DNA from: Hydrolagus colliei
Lineage: Eukaryota
DNA: 64,000 nt
NCBI GenBank assembly: GCA_035084275.1
Contig: CM068750.1
Span: forward strand, 14,012,001 to 14,076,000
Reading direction: 5' to 3'
The notes under the pieces were generated by a model, which saw nothing but the letters and a program-made list of their open reading frames with translations, did no database searches and was not told the DNA's origin. The stretch's first letter is position 1, and every line of letters starts with the position of its first letter. This document shows, piece by piece, positions 37,102 through 51,100 of this stretch. Position numbers and translations under genes: made by a program.

Positions 37102-39888
37102 ATGTATGTAAATGCACGAAGTTTGAGAAATAAAATTGGTGAGCTGCAGGCTCAGGTTGCTGCGAGGCGATATAATGTTATAGCAGTAACAGAGACTTGG
37201 CTCCAGCATGGGCAGGAATGGGAGTTGAACATTCCTGGTTATAATGTATTCAGGAGGGATAGAGAGGGGAGAAAAGGGGGCAGGGTGGCAATTTTAGTTA
37301 AGGACTCAGTGACTGCCTTAGAAAGGAACGAGGTGGAAGAAGGACTAAAAAATGAATCTATCTGGTTAGAATTGAGGAATAAAAAAGGTGCAGTTACACT
37401 GTTAGGGGTATACTATAGACCACCAAATAGTGGGGAGGAGATAGACAAGCAGATCTGCAAGCGTATCATGGAGAAATGCAGAACTAATAGAGTAGTGATA
37501 ATGGGTGACTTCAACTATCCCAACATAGACTGGCAGAATAGTAGAGTAAAGGGCAAGAAGGGAGAAGAATTCCTGAAGTGTGTGCAGGACAACTTTCTTG
37601 ATCAGTATGTTTCCAGTCCAACGAGGAAAGAAGCATTGCTGGATCTAGTTTGGGGAAATGAGGTAGGGCAAGTTCAACAGGTTTCTGTAGGTGAGCATCT
37701 AGGGAATAGTGACCACAATATCGTTAGATTCAGAATAATTATGGAAAGGGATAAGGAACGATCACAGGTGAGGACACTCAACTGGAAAAGGGCTAATTTC
37801 AATGAGTTGAGGTGGGACCTAGCCAAGGTGGATTGGAAAGAAAAATTGGCAGGTAAGACAACTAACGAGCAGTGGGCAGCGTTCAAAGAGGAGATAGTTC
37901 AGGCACAGGTCAAAAGCATCCCCACAAAGGTGAAATGTAAGGCATCCAAACCTCCCTGGATGACTAAGGAAATCGGGGCCAAAATAAAACAAAAAAAAGA
38001 GACTTATGATAAGTGTCAGGCTCAAAATTCAGAAGGGAACAAAGCAGAATATAGGAAGTGTAGGATAGAACTAAAAAAGGAAGTTAGAGGGGCAAAGAGA
38101 CTGCATGAAAAACAATTTGCGAGTAAGATTAAGGGGAACCCTAAGGTTTTTTACCAACATATTAAGAGTAAAAGGTTGGTCAAGGAGAGGGTGGGGCCAA
38201 TTAGGGACCTAGGAGGAAATCTCATTGTGGAGGCAGAGGGCATGGCTGATGTACTGAATGAGTACTTCGCCTCTGTCTTCACAAAAGAAAAGGATACAGC
38301 CAATGCCATGGTATTAGAGGAGAGGGTAGGAGAAATGGATAGAATAATTATAACCAGAGAGGAAGTGCTAAAAAGGTTGACGTCGCTCAAGGTGGATAAG
38401 TCACCTGGTCCGGATAGGATGCACCCTAGGTTACTAAGTGAGGCACGGGAGCAAATAGCAGGGACTCTGGCCACGATCTTTCAATCTTCCTTGGACACAG
38501 GGGTCGTGCCAGAGGACTGGAGGATAGCTAATGTTACTCCCTTGTATAAAAAGGGGCAGAAGGACAAGCCTGGTAACTACAGACCAGTCAGTCTAACGTC
38601 GGTAGTGGGCAAACTTCTAGAGTCCATAATCAGGGACAAGGTAGATCTTCACTTAGAAAGATATAGGCTAATAAAGGACAGTCAACATGGATTTGTTAAA
38701 GGCAAATCTTGCCTTACAAATCTGATAGAATTTTTTGATGAGGTAACGGAATGGGTGGATAATCGTAGCGCAGTTGATGTAGTTTACATGGACTTTCAAA
38801 AGGCATTTGACAAAGTGCCACATGAGAGACGTATTATGAAATTAAAGGCCCATGGCGTAAAAGGGACAGTGGCAGCGTGGATCCACAACTGGCTGTGAGA
38901 CAGAAAGCAGAGAGTTGTAGTGAGCGGCTGTTTTTCAGATTGGAGGGAAGTGAGCAGTGGTGTGCCACAGGGATCAGTTTTGGGACCATTGCTGTTTGTA
39001 ATCTACATCAATGATCTGGACTTGGGTGTACGGAGTACAGTTTCCAAGTTTGCAGATGACACTAAGTTAGGGAGAATAGTAAACAGTGAGGAGGATAGTA
39101 GCCATCTGCAAGAGGATATAGACAAATTGGTAAAGTGGGCAGACACATGGCAGATGAAGTTTAATGCAGAGAAGTGTGAGGTGATGCATTTTGGGAGAAG
39201 AAATGAAGGGAGGCAATATAGGCTAGATAGTACAATTTTAAATGGTGTAAAGGAACAGAGAGACCTGGGGATTTGTGTTAGTGACTCGTTGAAGGTGGCA
39301 GGACAGGTAGACAAGGCTGTTGAGAAGGCATATGGGATACTAGGCTTTATAAATAGGGGTATAGAGTACAAAAGTCAGGAAGTGCTGACTAACCTCTATA
39401 GGACTTTGGTGAGGCCTCAGCTGGAATACTGTGTTCAATTCTGGTCACCACACTACAGAAAGGATGTGAAGGCATTGGAAAGGGTACAACGAAGATTTAC
39501 TAGGATGGTGCCAGGATTGAGGGACTTCAGCTATGAGGAGAGGATAGATAGGCTAGGGTTATTCTCTCTGGAGCAGAGAAGATTGAGGGGAGACCTAATA
39601 GAGGTTTATAAGATCATGAGGGGTTTCGACAGGGCAAATAGAGAAAAACTATTTCCACTCGTGGGTGAATCTGTGACTCGTGGTCACAGATTTAAAATAG
39701 TTTCAAGGCGCAGTAGAGGGGAGCTGAGGAGAATTTTTTTCACTCAGCGAGTTGTTCGAATCTGGAATGCATTGCCTGAAAAGGTGGTGGAGGCTGATTC
39801 GATAACAACTTTTAAAAGGGAATTAGATCTTTATTTAGGGAGAACGGGTCTATTAGGCTATGGGGAGCGGGCAGGGCAGTGGGATTGA
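37102..39888 (+). pseudogene. CR1 ORF2 (APE endonuclease + reverse transcriptase) interrupted by a single in-frame stop at 38896-38898
   Basis: APE motifs YVNARS, VTETW, GVYYRPP, MGDFN, LDLV and SDHN. RT motifs NYRPVSLTS, QHGF, YMDFQKAFD, GVPQGSVLGP and FADD. ORFs 37102-38898 and 38920-39888 are in the same frame (HNWL*DRKQRV). Confidence 0.93.
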
Positions 39889-42800
39889 ATCGCTCTTTTC
39901 AAAGAGCCGGCACAGACTAGATGGGCCGAATGGCCTCCTTTTGTGCCGTAAAATTCTATGATTCTATGATTCTATGATTCTATGATTCTACAACACTGCA
40001 CATTACACCCATGAATTTCAAATACGATGCCTCAGAGGGAATGTTGGTTTCAGCTGATAAGTTATAAAGCTTTTAGTTTTTGTAGTATATAATGTCATCC
40101 AAACCATTAATTTGATTATGGCTTCATAATCCCTTCCAGACGCCCATTATTTAGTGTAAAACAACAGCATTGCACTGGATTTAAGTATTGAATGTCCCAT
40201 TGTCTAAAGCGTACAAATAGCTTTCTGTTGCAATGGGAATTTGTGAGGCCGTTAGTAAAATGACAAAAAATAGAACAAACAAAGCAAAAAAAAGGTATTT
40301 CTTATCAAAGAGCCTTAGAGCTACAGCCGCAACACAATCATTTGATGCACAGAGATAATTAACATCCTGGGAAGAATAAATTACAACAGTCTGCTTTCAT
40401 TATTCATACCATGTCCCTGCATTAATTTGTTCATCTGAGATTTAGTTTAGTAGTGGAGACACACATGGCTGTTACAACCAACAATAATCACTCAAGTTTC
40501 ACAAAAGGCACCCAGAGGAAAGCGCAATTACCTGATTCCATGCTACCCATCAGAGACCACAGGATAAATGGGTTAAAATAGGCGGTATTCCTTAATTTCA
40601 GTACCTCCCGTAATAAATATCTCTGGAGTCTAAGGAGCACGCTAAGGAATACAACAAAATGTACTCCACGCATACCTTTAATAAAAATAATAATCCTTGC
40701 ATTTTATATTGTGCTTTTCACGTCTTCTACATGCCTCAAAGCACTTCACAGAATATATTGTAAAGTGAATTGATTGTATTTATGTGGGTGAAACACGGCA
40801 GCCAATTTGCACAGCAGTGTCCCACAAACAGCCATGAATTGAAAATGACTTATTTGTTATTATGTTGGGTAGAGTGTGCATGCATATAGGCAAACGGATA
40901 ACATGTTATAACCGAGGCCCTGTTGGGCCGTTCAAGCGAACGTTGAAGATCATGACACGACTTGAAAAGAGAAGGGAGTTTCTCCTGATGTTCTGGCTAG
41001 CAATCCCCCAGATACAAATTGGTCACTCACATCATGACCGTTTGTGGGACACATACTGCTGTTACAACCTGGAATTGGCTGTTTTCCTACAATTACAGTT
41101 TCTATACTCGACAGTAACATCCTACTGAAAGTGCTTTGAGTGATAAGGTACTATATCAAAATGCAGCTGTTTTAAACTCTCAGTAGCTAGTTTTGCCTGA
41201 CCAAACAAAAAGATACTCCATTTCAGCCCGATCTGCTGTCGGAGATATTTTCTATGGAACTGCTTCTGGTTATAAATGGTTTATTTGGATTTCTAACCAA
41301 CGGATATTTCATTCTTATTTGGCTAATTTCTTCCCACAACACACATACTCTCTCCTAAATACACTGAATGGTATTGAGGGGTTGTAGGAGTCAGCACCCG
41401 AAGCAAGAGAAAGGTAGAACGCATTTCTCCAATGGACCTTGTCCCTATAGCTAAGACCTGTTCACTGTCAATTCTGAGCCAGACAGTGGCACCTCGTAAA
41501 GCAATTTAGAAGCTATCAGGCCACTGGATAAATCGTGACAGTTCCCATCATAATCTAACCACTTTGCTCCTCTTAAATCCCCAAGAATTGCCTTCCTCGT
41601 CATTCGAAGGTGTCTCTGAGCCACAGTACAACATCATCCAGCACTTCCTAAAGGGTGAAAAAGATACTGGCAACTTCAGATTGTGTGCAGTAAACCTGCC
41701 AAGTCGGACAGACACCAGCGTACATCAACGGGACTTCACAGAATACATTTCATTTCTAAGTTGTGATACTACAACAACAATTTATATAGTGTTTTTTATG
41801 TAGGGTAACATCTCAGAGATGGGGTTAGATCCTGAGTAGGGGGCAGGGGGGAAAAAAAAGAATCGCCATAGGAACACTCCAAAAGGGAGGGTTTGTGGTG
41901 GGACTTGGACAGAAAGTGAAGGGACAAGACGGTGTGATGGAGGAAAGGAGTTCCAGAGGTCAGGGGCATAGCAACTGAAGGCTCAAGTACAACTCAATAA
42001 AATCTATTATTTTAATTACAGACGTTGCTAGGATTTCTTACAAAAAAACTCTTTTAGATCACATTTATTTTCTCTGTGTCGTGATTAGGGCGAGACCTTA
42101 GGCAATTTTCCTTACTCGACTTGCCTGTTTATCTAGCAGTAAGTAGAAACTCAGCTGTTAGTCGATCGGCAGATCGCTTTGCAGGAGTAACAATCACTAT
42201 ATTAAAAAAAATTATAATTTTATTCCTCAATCCACAACTGTTTGTGGAACACTTCTCTGTGCAATTGACTGCCATGTTTTGACCACAAAATATAGTCAAT
42301 TCAATTTACGAGTCTATTATGTGAAGCTCTTTGAGATGTTTCAATGATGCAATAAGGCAAGGATTATTATTATTATTTACTACATTTTATCCTTAAAAAT
42401 CATTTTCACTCATCTGCTGAATATGCATAAGACTCTCGCTGCTCCATTAATTCAAACCCTTCACAAGCAGCTTTAGCTAAATCGGGGTCTGCCAACGCTG
42501 CACTTTTCGTTCAGGTTTACCACCCCTCGTAATCGATCCAAATCCCCCGCGCTTACCACTGATCATAGGTTTCATTCATAAAAAGCTGGAGAAAGTAACC
42601 TCTGGACATTGGCACACTCCCTCAGTTACTCAAAGGATCAGAATGGCTCCGGTCTCCCAAGCCTCCTGCTGATGAACCAGCGTAGTGAAGGTCAGCCCAA
42701 CCTGCTTTACCACAGTATTTTAAATCCTGCGTCATACCAGGACACACTATGAAACAATGTAATTAGACCCAGATGTCCCCTGATTTTTTTTAAGAGCTAC

Positions 42801-45800
42801 ATATGAAGTCAATACTTAGATTATTAATATGCATTTATCTGAATTGCAGTAAAGTAAACTCTTAGGAGACCTTCCTATTGTTCTCTCTCAACCCCAAGGG
42901 TCTAATTTAGTTGAGAGTAATGTCCACTTCAATTTATTTTGAACTACGCAACCATGAAAATCCCATGTTGCTGCTATCTATGATCTTATAGTTTCAATGG
43001 ATTAAGCCAAATGTCTATATTTTAAAGGGTTGATAACAGTAAAGGATTGGCATGATTGAGGACTCACAGTAGGCAGTAAATTAATCTCAACTCCAGCCAT
43101 ATAACAAACAGTCTTTGTATTTTGCCTGCAAAATGTACAGTTACTACACGAGAATGTAAATCCCGTGAAGCACTTCAGATCATCCTGCTGACATAAATCA
43201 AATGCAACGATTTAAACATTTTTATTTGATTAATAGCATCTATTGCGTCAAAGGCATAATACGCCGTTAAATGCATGGTTATCATTACTATTGATTCTAA
43301 TTATCAATGAGATGGATTATTATTATAAGTATGCATCAACGTTGGCAAACTTCACCATTTGGGATTGTATTTATATTGAAATGGGGGGAAAAAAACGTAC
43401 ATTTGTAGCACTGGAACACAAACAAAGACAGGATCGCATTTTCCACCCATGGTGCAAGTGCCTTAGGAGTCTCGTTACTATAGCAACACTTTCCCTTTAA
43501 TACTGGTTTTAATTGCATTGGTTTGTGAGTTTTTGTCTTATCCATGGAGGAGACGTCCGGACCGGCCATCTTGGAGTTGAGATTGACTAGATAAGTCAAG
43601 TCCTGTTATTGACCAGAGAGAATTAATTCTCTGTCATAGGACATTTGATTTGTAAGGGAGAATAAATATTATCAGCCAACCAGTCATTTTCCAACTGAAA
43701 ATTATTTTAAAAAAATTATTGGGATTATTTGGAAGGTTATTACTTTAGTCCAAGAAAAAGAAACCCAGGAGGATTCCTCCCATCATTACAGGCGGTGCCA
43801 GGCAAATGTTTTTAAAAATTTGATTTTTATTTCGCTTGATATTTTGCATCACAGAGTTTAAAATTAAAATACAGTCATCCTCTTCATGAGGCTCTCTACT
43901 ACAACATGCCCTTTGTGTGATTCCTGAAAAGCAGCTTTATATCGGAAAAAAAAAGCACTTTTACTCACTTTTTCAGTCTAACATTTTCAGAGAATTGTAG
44001 GACACCACCACAGCTTGCATTTATATAGGCTTCCACATATTTTAACGTTTCAGAGCGCTATCTACGACAAGGTCTGATGTTGAGCAAAATCATCCAGGGT
44101 GAGAGGAGATAATAATAATAACGATCCTTCCAGTTTTCCTAGGAATCCTAGGAGTCCAGCAGCTCACTGGTAAAGCACTCGCCTCTCAAGCGAGAGACCT
44201 GGGTTCAATTTCTGGCAGAGCAAAAACTTAGGCAAGTTTCCTCACACCACACACCTGATAATAATTCCTCAAGAAAAAACCCAATAATAAACTTGGTCAC
44301 TTTGATCCATAACTGTTTGTGGGACACTGCTATGTGCCACTGGCTACCCCATTTCACCCACAAATTTACAGGCAATTCACTTTCCAGTGTATTCCGTGAA
44401 GCTCTTTCAGACATCTAGAAGACGTGCAAAGCACTATACCAAATGCAAGGATTATTAGTATTATTTGATATTAAGCCTTTCACATCGGGAGGGTGCTTCA
44501 AAGTGCTTCACAGGATGCACTGTAAAGCACAGCAACTGTTTTAGGGATTGAACGCCCCAGCCAGTTTGCGCACAGCAGTATCCTGCAAGCAAGCATGAAG
44601 TGAATGACTGATCTTATTTGGGGGATTGTTGGCCAGAATACCAGGAGAAATTCTTTACTCTGTTCAAGTCGTGTCATAGGATAATTAACGTCCACCTGAC
44701 CAAAGGATTCAATCTCACATTAATGTCTCATCTCAGAGATGCGACTCCAGCAATACAGAACACTCCCAGCAGTGGGTTGCAGCGTCAGCCTAGACTATAA
44801 GAGTTCCAAGTCCTGACTTGGGCTTTGAATCCACAACAAGAGAACCTCTCATCCTTTTTTGCCTGGTGCTCAATGTTCAATAGACTCCCAATTCCAGTAC
44901 AGTGAACAAGGAAGCAGAATTGAATCTATCGGTATGAACAGCATTTGTACAATTGCAACTGAGAAACCATTTAACTATTGGAGTTACAAACAAGCTACAC
45001 TGCCAGTCCCTGATGGAGGGAGGAGGGAGGGGAAACTATCCATGCACTGTAGAGAGAACCAGCTGCAGTCCCAAATCCATTCTTCCTCACGGTGAACTTT
45101 TATTACACTACAGATGTGCATCTGGAAAATAGATTGTATTACAGGGAGGATGTGCGTTTGGTCAGAGTCTGGCTGATTACTGTACATCAAGGGAAACCAC
45201 AGGCCTGCAATGGAGTAGGTTTGAGGCATAGAATGAGCTGTATAGTTAAAGAGGATATAACTGTGGATGAGAAACTAAATGCCCAGCGTGCAATTTATAA
45301 GCCTGCAAACTGACTTGGCTTTCAAAGTAGCTAAACTCAGTACTAAACTCCAGACTCCAAGTGTCACACAAAACAAAACAGCCTCTCAGAGAGCACTTCA
45401 TTCAGTTTGTTGTGTTGGTGGTGGGCATACAGGAGTACGAGGGAGAAAGGGCAGGTAGATGGTACTTTAAGGATTGTTCTTAAAGGAGCTGGCATAGACA
45501 CAATGGGCAAATTGGTTTTTTTCCGGTGCTGTAAATGTCTGTGATGTTATGAGCTGAGCTACGAAGTTAGAGAGAAAAAACAAAAAGTTTATTTTTCTCT
45601 CTATCCTTGGCTTACTCGCATTCCCTTCCAGCTGAGTACACAGTCTATTCTGGTCTCCAACCTGATCTTGACACCAGCACTGAACCGGCTCGCATTTTAA
45701 AATAAATAAGGCCAGTTTCCATCACTCTCCAGGGTTCAGTTGCACAGGCACCTGGTGCCCTGCAGTGCCTCTCCCATATGGCCATTATTCATGTGCAAAC

Positions 45801-46909
45801 CCCGACAAGGAGGGTCAACAGATTGTTCGACCTCACCCGAGGGAGGGGAAGTCACTTAGAAGGCCAATCGCATCCTCCAACATCCACACGTATATTGCTC
45901 CCCCACCATCCACCCTTTTAAAATTGTGGAAAATCTTAGATGTTAAGGCATTATGGATTGTAAGGCTAAAAGGGCAGGAGAACTGGCTGATTTTCCCCCT
46001 CTCCAACCCAATTACATTGAAGCCAAATTATATACTGCAGCACCCAAATAGCTGCCCCAGCTAACTCAATGACAGTAGTTTGTATTTAGGTAGCATCCTT
46101 CACACGAGGCAACGCGTGAGCAGTTCACAACAGACTAGAATTTAAATTGCAGCTTTTGGGTCTGCCTGTCTTTGTCCTACATGGAGGAGGTTATGCCCTC
46201 TTTTTACCCATCGGGTAACAACAACAATTTGTATTTATATAGCACCCTTCACGCAGGTTGGCGTCTCAGAGGGCTTAAAGACCTGGAAGTTTACTTAAAG
46301 CTAACCTTACCCCAGAAACTTTTAAGGCTTAATCAGTTAACCACCCATTTTGGAGGAAACAAGACTAAAATAAAAATCAAAGCCACTGGACATGACTGAG
46401 ATAAAATAAAGTCAAATGAAGCACAGAATAAGGAAAAGAGCTGTAAGATCATCAGCGATGTTTGAATGACGCAAAAGCCTATTTGATCTTCTTCTCCAAC
46501 CCGGAACCTGTGACCTCTTGTCTTTCTGTCTTGGTTTATCTGAAATTAATCTTTTGGGTTTGCTCAATCCCATTGAGCATCTTACATAGATAGCTCTATA
46601 AGGTCCCAACTGAGATGCTGTCTCAACACAAGGCTGAGGAGCCCCAGCTGATCTAATCATGCCTTTTACAATTAATTTCACAAACCATTGGGGATTATAC
46701 TCACTGTTTTCCTCTACACTGAAGCCAAGGCCTGGGCAGTCACCCAATGTCGCAGTGACCAGCATTATGTACGCAGCACTCCAGTTAGAGGAAGGAAGGC
46801 AGACCATTGCCAATACCCTCCCTTATGCTGATATGCCAAACAAACAACCTAGGTGATAAGAAGTGGCAAAATGCATCACCAGGCAGCAGCCCTGGGACTC
46901 AAACTCCCA

Positions 46910-47330
46910 TGAAGTCTCGTAGCGTAAGTAGTTAACACTCTCACCTCACAAGCTAGAGGACCTGGGTTTGATTCCAGGTTGGGTTGAAACCTTAGGCAAG
47001 TTTCCTTACTCCACACATTTGTGTTTACCTAGCAGTAAGTAATAACCTGGTTGTTAGTTGCTCAGCAGATTGTTTAGCAGTTTTAATAAACCATCAACAA
47101 AAAAAATTGGTCATTCAATCCACAACTGTTTGTGAGAGACTTCTGAGCATTTTGCCCACGAAATACATCGTCAATCCACTTTACAGTATATTGTGTGCAT
47201 CACTTTGAGATGTCTCAATGACGTGATAAGGTGCTATATCAAATGCAACAACAACACCACCAACAACAAAATTACATTTATAGAGCGCCTTTCACGTTGG
47301 GAGAAAACGCAAGGATTATTATTATTACGC
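46910..47330 (+). mobile_element. tRNA-headed SINE, subfamily A. Other copies at about 3836-4195(+), 17255-17355(-), 19720-19930(+), 42085-42380(+), 51105-51415(-), 63402-63662(-)
   Basis: Same head as subfamily B, but internal GTTTACCTAGCAGTAAGTA..AACCTGGTTGTTAGT and tail TCTCAATGACGTGATAAGG..TATCAAATGCAA. Confidence 0.78.
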
Positions 47331-47769
47331 TCATAATTTCACTGTCATATGGTCACCGCCAAAAGCTACCAGACTGAAACATTGTAGTGTATCACTGAGG
47401 CACAAGTAAAGAAATTCACCTTATGAGTTAAATCAGAATCTTCACTGTAAGTCATTTATGTATGTAGTGTAATAGCTTTGGATATCAACTCTTATGGAAG
47501 GAGACACATTCCCTTTTATAATTGGTGCTCAAGGGCCTCCAGACCAGCAGGGGATTCAGTCACTGCTCTATGGAATGATTGTTTGAATGGACCTAAATAC
47601 ACCATTAAACTTATCTTCAAAGCTGGTACAATAGAAAAATGGAAGATTGCCAATAGACTTGGGAGGCACCAGTAACAGACTCTGGCCTCTTCTCATTAGT
47701 CATGGATCTTTAATAGAGAAAGTATCCAAGGGAATCCTTCACCCCACAGAATGGGTTTTTTAATTAAAT

Positions 47770-48125
47770 TGGCTTGGAACTCATATAGTCTAAGCTAACA
47801 CACCAATATAGTGCTGGGGATATGTTGCATTGCTGGAGGTACGGTTCTTTGGATGAAATGTTAAACTGAGGCCTTGTCTGCCTGTTCAGGTGGATGTTAA
47901 AGATCCCGTGGCACTGTTCAAAAAAGAAAGCAGTTCCTTCTGGTGTCTGGAACAACAAATCCCCAAGTAAAAATTGATATTTCACTTTCTGGCTGTTTGT
48001 GGGACACTGCTGTGCACAAATTGGCTGTAGTGTTTGCCTACAAATGCAGTCTCTATAATTCCCAGTAAAATCCTATGAAGTGCTTTGAGATGGTTTGATA
48101 AGGTGTCATTAAAGATGACAGATTA
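47770..48125 (+). mobile_element. DeuSINE copy (core and tail)
   Basis: GGATGAAATGTTAAACTGAGGCCTTGTCTGCCTGTTCAGGTGGATGTTAAAGATCCCGTGGCACT..CTGTTTGTGGGACACTGCTGTGCACAAATTGGCTG. Confidence 0.8.
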
Positions 48126-51100
48126 TTAATGGCAAATGTTAGCCATCTCTCCTTATTTAATGTATGTCCCAATCTCTTTTACCCATAATTCCATCAAAAA
48201 AACATCAATGTGAGTCAGTGATACTTACTTCTGAATACCTGGATTCCTTAATTAAGAAATCTCCTTTGAAATTGGGCATTTTAAGCCTCAGTATGTTAAC
48301 CACCGAGGCACCAACTCTGCCAAGGAAATGAATTGTTTTACATTACAGCTCAGTATAAAGCAAACACTAACTTTGAGAGATAACCAGCAGTGACACTCTC
48401 AAGCTAATCCTTCCATTACATAGAGGCCGGTCATCAAGGATCTTTATCAAGAGCGAAGTGAAGGGAAAACTTATATCGCCTTGAGCAGAAGAAGTGGGAA
48501 TTTGACAACCTGCTTAAGACAGGGCCAGAGTCAGGGTTCTGTCATTAACTTTGCAGCTGATAACAATGCTGATTTACATTACATTTGAATCTGAACATGC
48601 ATAAGATGCTTTTGTGCATGATGTTGGTTGAATTTGAATCAAGTTGGAGCTCAGGAGTTTTTTTTAAGAGTAAAAACACACATATCCATTCGGGTTAGTG
48701 GGGTATAATTGATGGTATTTCTGAATGGTGGTCCTTTAGGGAACCTCTTCTGGAGTTGGATCAGGTCGGAGAAGAGTTCCATGAGGTGTGGAAAACGTGG
48801 GGTATGAGGGGGTTTGTGATAGAGAAAAGAGATGCAACGTTCAGAATTCATGACTCATCGCATGTTAAAGAATTGAGTTGAGAAATAGCACAAGTTATCC
48901 CTCACCTCCACCCCCTCCCCACATACTATGAATGCCCAGCACATGCGAGCGAGAAAGATCTGTACATTTGCAGGCATCAAAGGGAATCTGGTATTCCGAA
49001 GGTCAAAACCCTGCACGTTTTGCATCCTGCAGCATTATCAATGAGAGAGCCATTAAACGTGGCTGTTTGTTACATTTGTCATTTTTACTGCCGTTTGATT
49101 CATTTTATGTCGTTTTACAAAAAAAATCAAACAGACCCAGGATCTCCATCAATACTCCTCATGTTTCCACCCTGTTTTGTTTGGATTTCAGCCAAAGGGT
49201 CATATGACCTCCCCGGTGTATCCTAGCCTGAGCGTTCGATCCACAAACCTGTACAAAAAGGCACTTTTCTTTCTCGTTTGCACAAAAAATCCTCAGCTTT
49301 TGAGAGCTCAAACTGACTTTCAGCAACCTCAGAGTCTGTGCGAACATTTTGTCGGCAGAAAATCTCTGCAGTTCGCAAGATTTGTCAGTTGGTCAGATTG
49401 GTGCCAAATATACAATCAATCCACTTCACGAAATATCAGGTTCCGCCACTGTCAAGCCCTCCGAGTTGCTACCCTGCGTGAGGTGCGCTATATACAGTAA
49501 ATGCAAGTTGTTGTTGTGTCCTTTGAAGCGATTTGAGACATCTCAACAATGTGATAAGGAGTTCTATTAAAGTATTATTATTATATAGTTATAAAACAAA
49601 TCAGGATCCCTGCCAGGCTGAGAGCTAGACTATAACTATCAGCACACACACAAGCAATTCTTCATGTGAAGTGCTCTGGTTTGCCAGGCAGCAAAAAAAA
49701 TTTCAGTCAGTCCCACTTTCTATTATTTAAAAAAAAACTTTAAAACTCTTGGCAACAGAGCTTGGAACAGTTTGAGAAAGTGTTTTGTCTTTCATTTTCC
49801 CTTCTCCTCTCTTTCTCCTGCCCCTGGCTTCTCAGTTGACAGGGAAGAAGCACCTTAGTTACTCCTGTTCCTGGGATTCCTCAGTCCCCGTCACATTATC
49901 CTGCACCATTTCAGACATCTGCGAGCGCCTTAATCTGCAGTGATTTATTGCTGGGATTACATCAACCATATTGCACGCACAGCTCAAAGCCATCAACATT
50001 CTGAAACACATGAACCGAGACCCGGGCAGAATGGGAAAAGACACAGGAAATGAGGGGGAAGGGACGGAGGAAAATCGTTTTTGAAAAAAGCAGAGCAAAG
50101 ATTAAACTGAAAATAATTCACTTTTTTCTCAAGGAATACACAGTGCCTCCCCCCCACCCTCCACCCACTCATCCCTCACTAACACCATTTACCCCTCAAG
50201 GCATCTATGGTCTAAATTAGTCATCATAAATAAAAACAGCAGGAATTCTAAATTAAATTGGAGGCTGAATGTTGCGGATCCAATACTTATGGGAAAATTG
50301 TTTATACAACATATGTTCCAGTAAGTTTGCATCTACACTGATGCAACGCAGTGGGCAGTTTGTAACGCATTCCCTGGACACAACTTTGCACTGTTTCACA
50401 ACATGTTCCTTGTGCAAATTAACCCAAACTTGCATAATTTTATACTGCATTCCATGCTCAAATTAACAAGAGTTTGCAGCATTTCACAATGCGTTCTGGG
50501 TGTAAACTAGCACGGGCATGTGACCTTTTTAAACGTGTTCAAACCGCGCATGGTTGCCTTTTTTAAAAAAACATGTTAATTAACACAGTGAAAGCTTTAT
50601 GGAATGTAGCAAGCATGAACCATTTACATCACCTCAATTGGTGATGTAAATCTCTTTGGAAAAGCATGGCTTATTAATTTAACATTAACGGGGCTTGGTC
50701 GCCCTTTGGTTCTAAAATTGAAGAATAAATAATACAATAATAAAGGGATAATAATCCCTTCAAGAAAGAAAGAATCCACTGTGGTTGTGGAACATGGTTG
50801 TGCGCAATCGGCTGCCATATTTTCACCCACAAAATATGCAATCAACTCACTTTAAAGTATATTCTTAGAAGTGCTTTGAGACGTCTGAATGATGAGCTAT
50901 TCTCAGTTATAGCTGTGCTCAGCCAGTGAGTCAACAAAGCCGGGTTGGAGAAGGAGTTCGTTCAGACATTATTGCTGTAAACCACATGTATGCATACTAG
51001 GCGAGCATATCAAGCATTATTTTTTTAGCTAAGTTCTTGGAGACACACAGAAACCCATCACCATGCTTAAACTCATATGTGGAAATTTCTGTGTCGGGAA

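Larger units (their letters stand above)
36391..39990 (+). mobile_element. Young CR1-clade LINE, 5'-truncated within ORF1, with complete ORF2 region and (ATTCTATG)n tail
   Basis: ORF1 SGNH esterase domain, ORF2 APE+RT, conserved CR1 3'UTR (GAGCCGGCACAGAC..GGGCCGAATGGCCTCCT) and ATTCTATG repeats at 39953-39990. Confidence 0.95.

Noticed and set aside
36375-39371. Antisense ORFs of 184, 107 and 122 aa over the CR1 element
   Set aside because: Shadow frames of CR1 ORF1 and ORF2.
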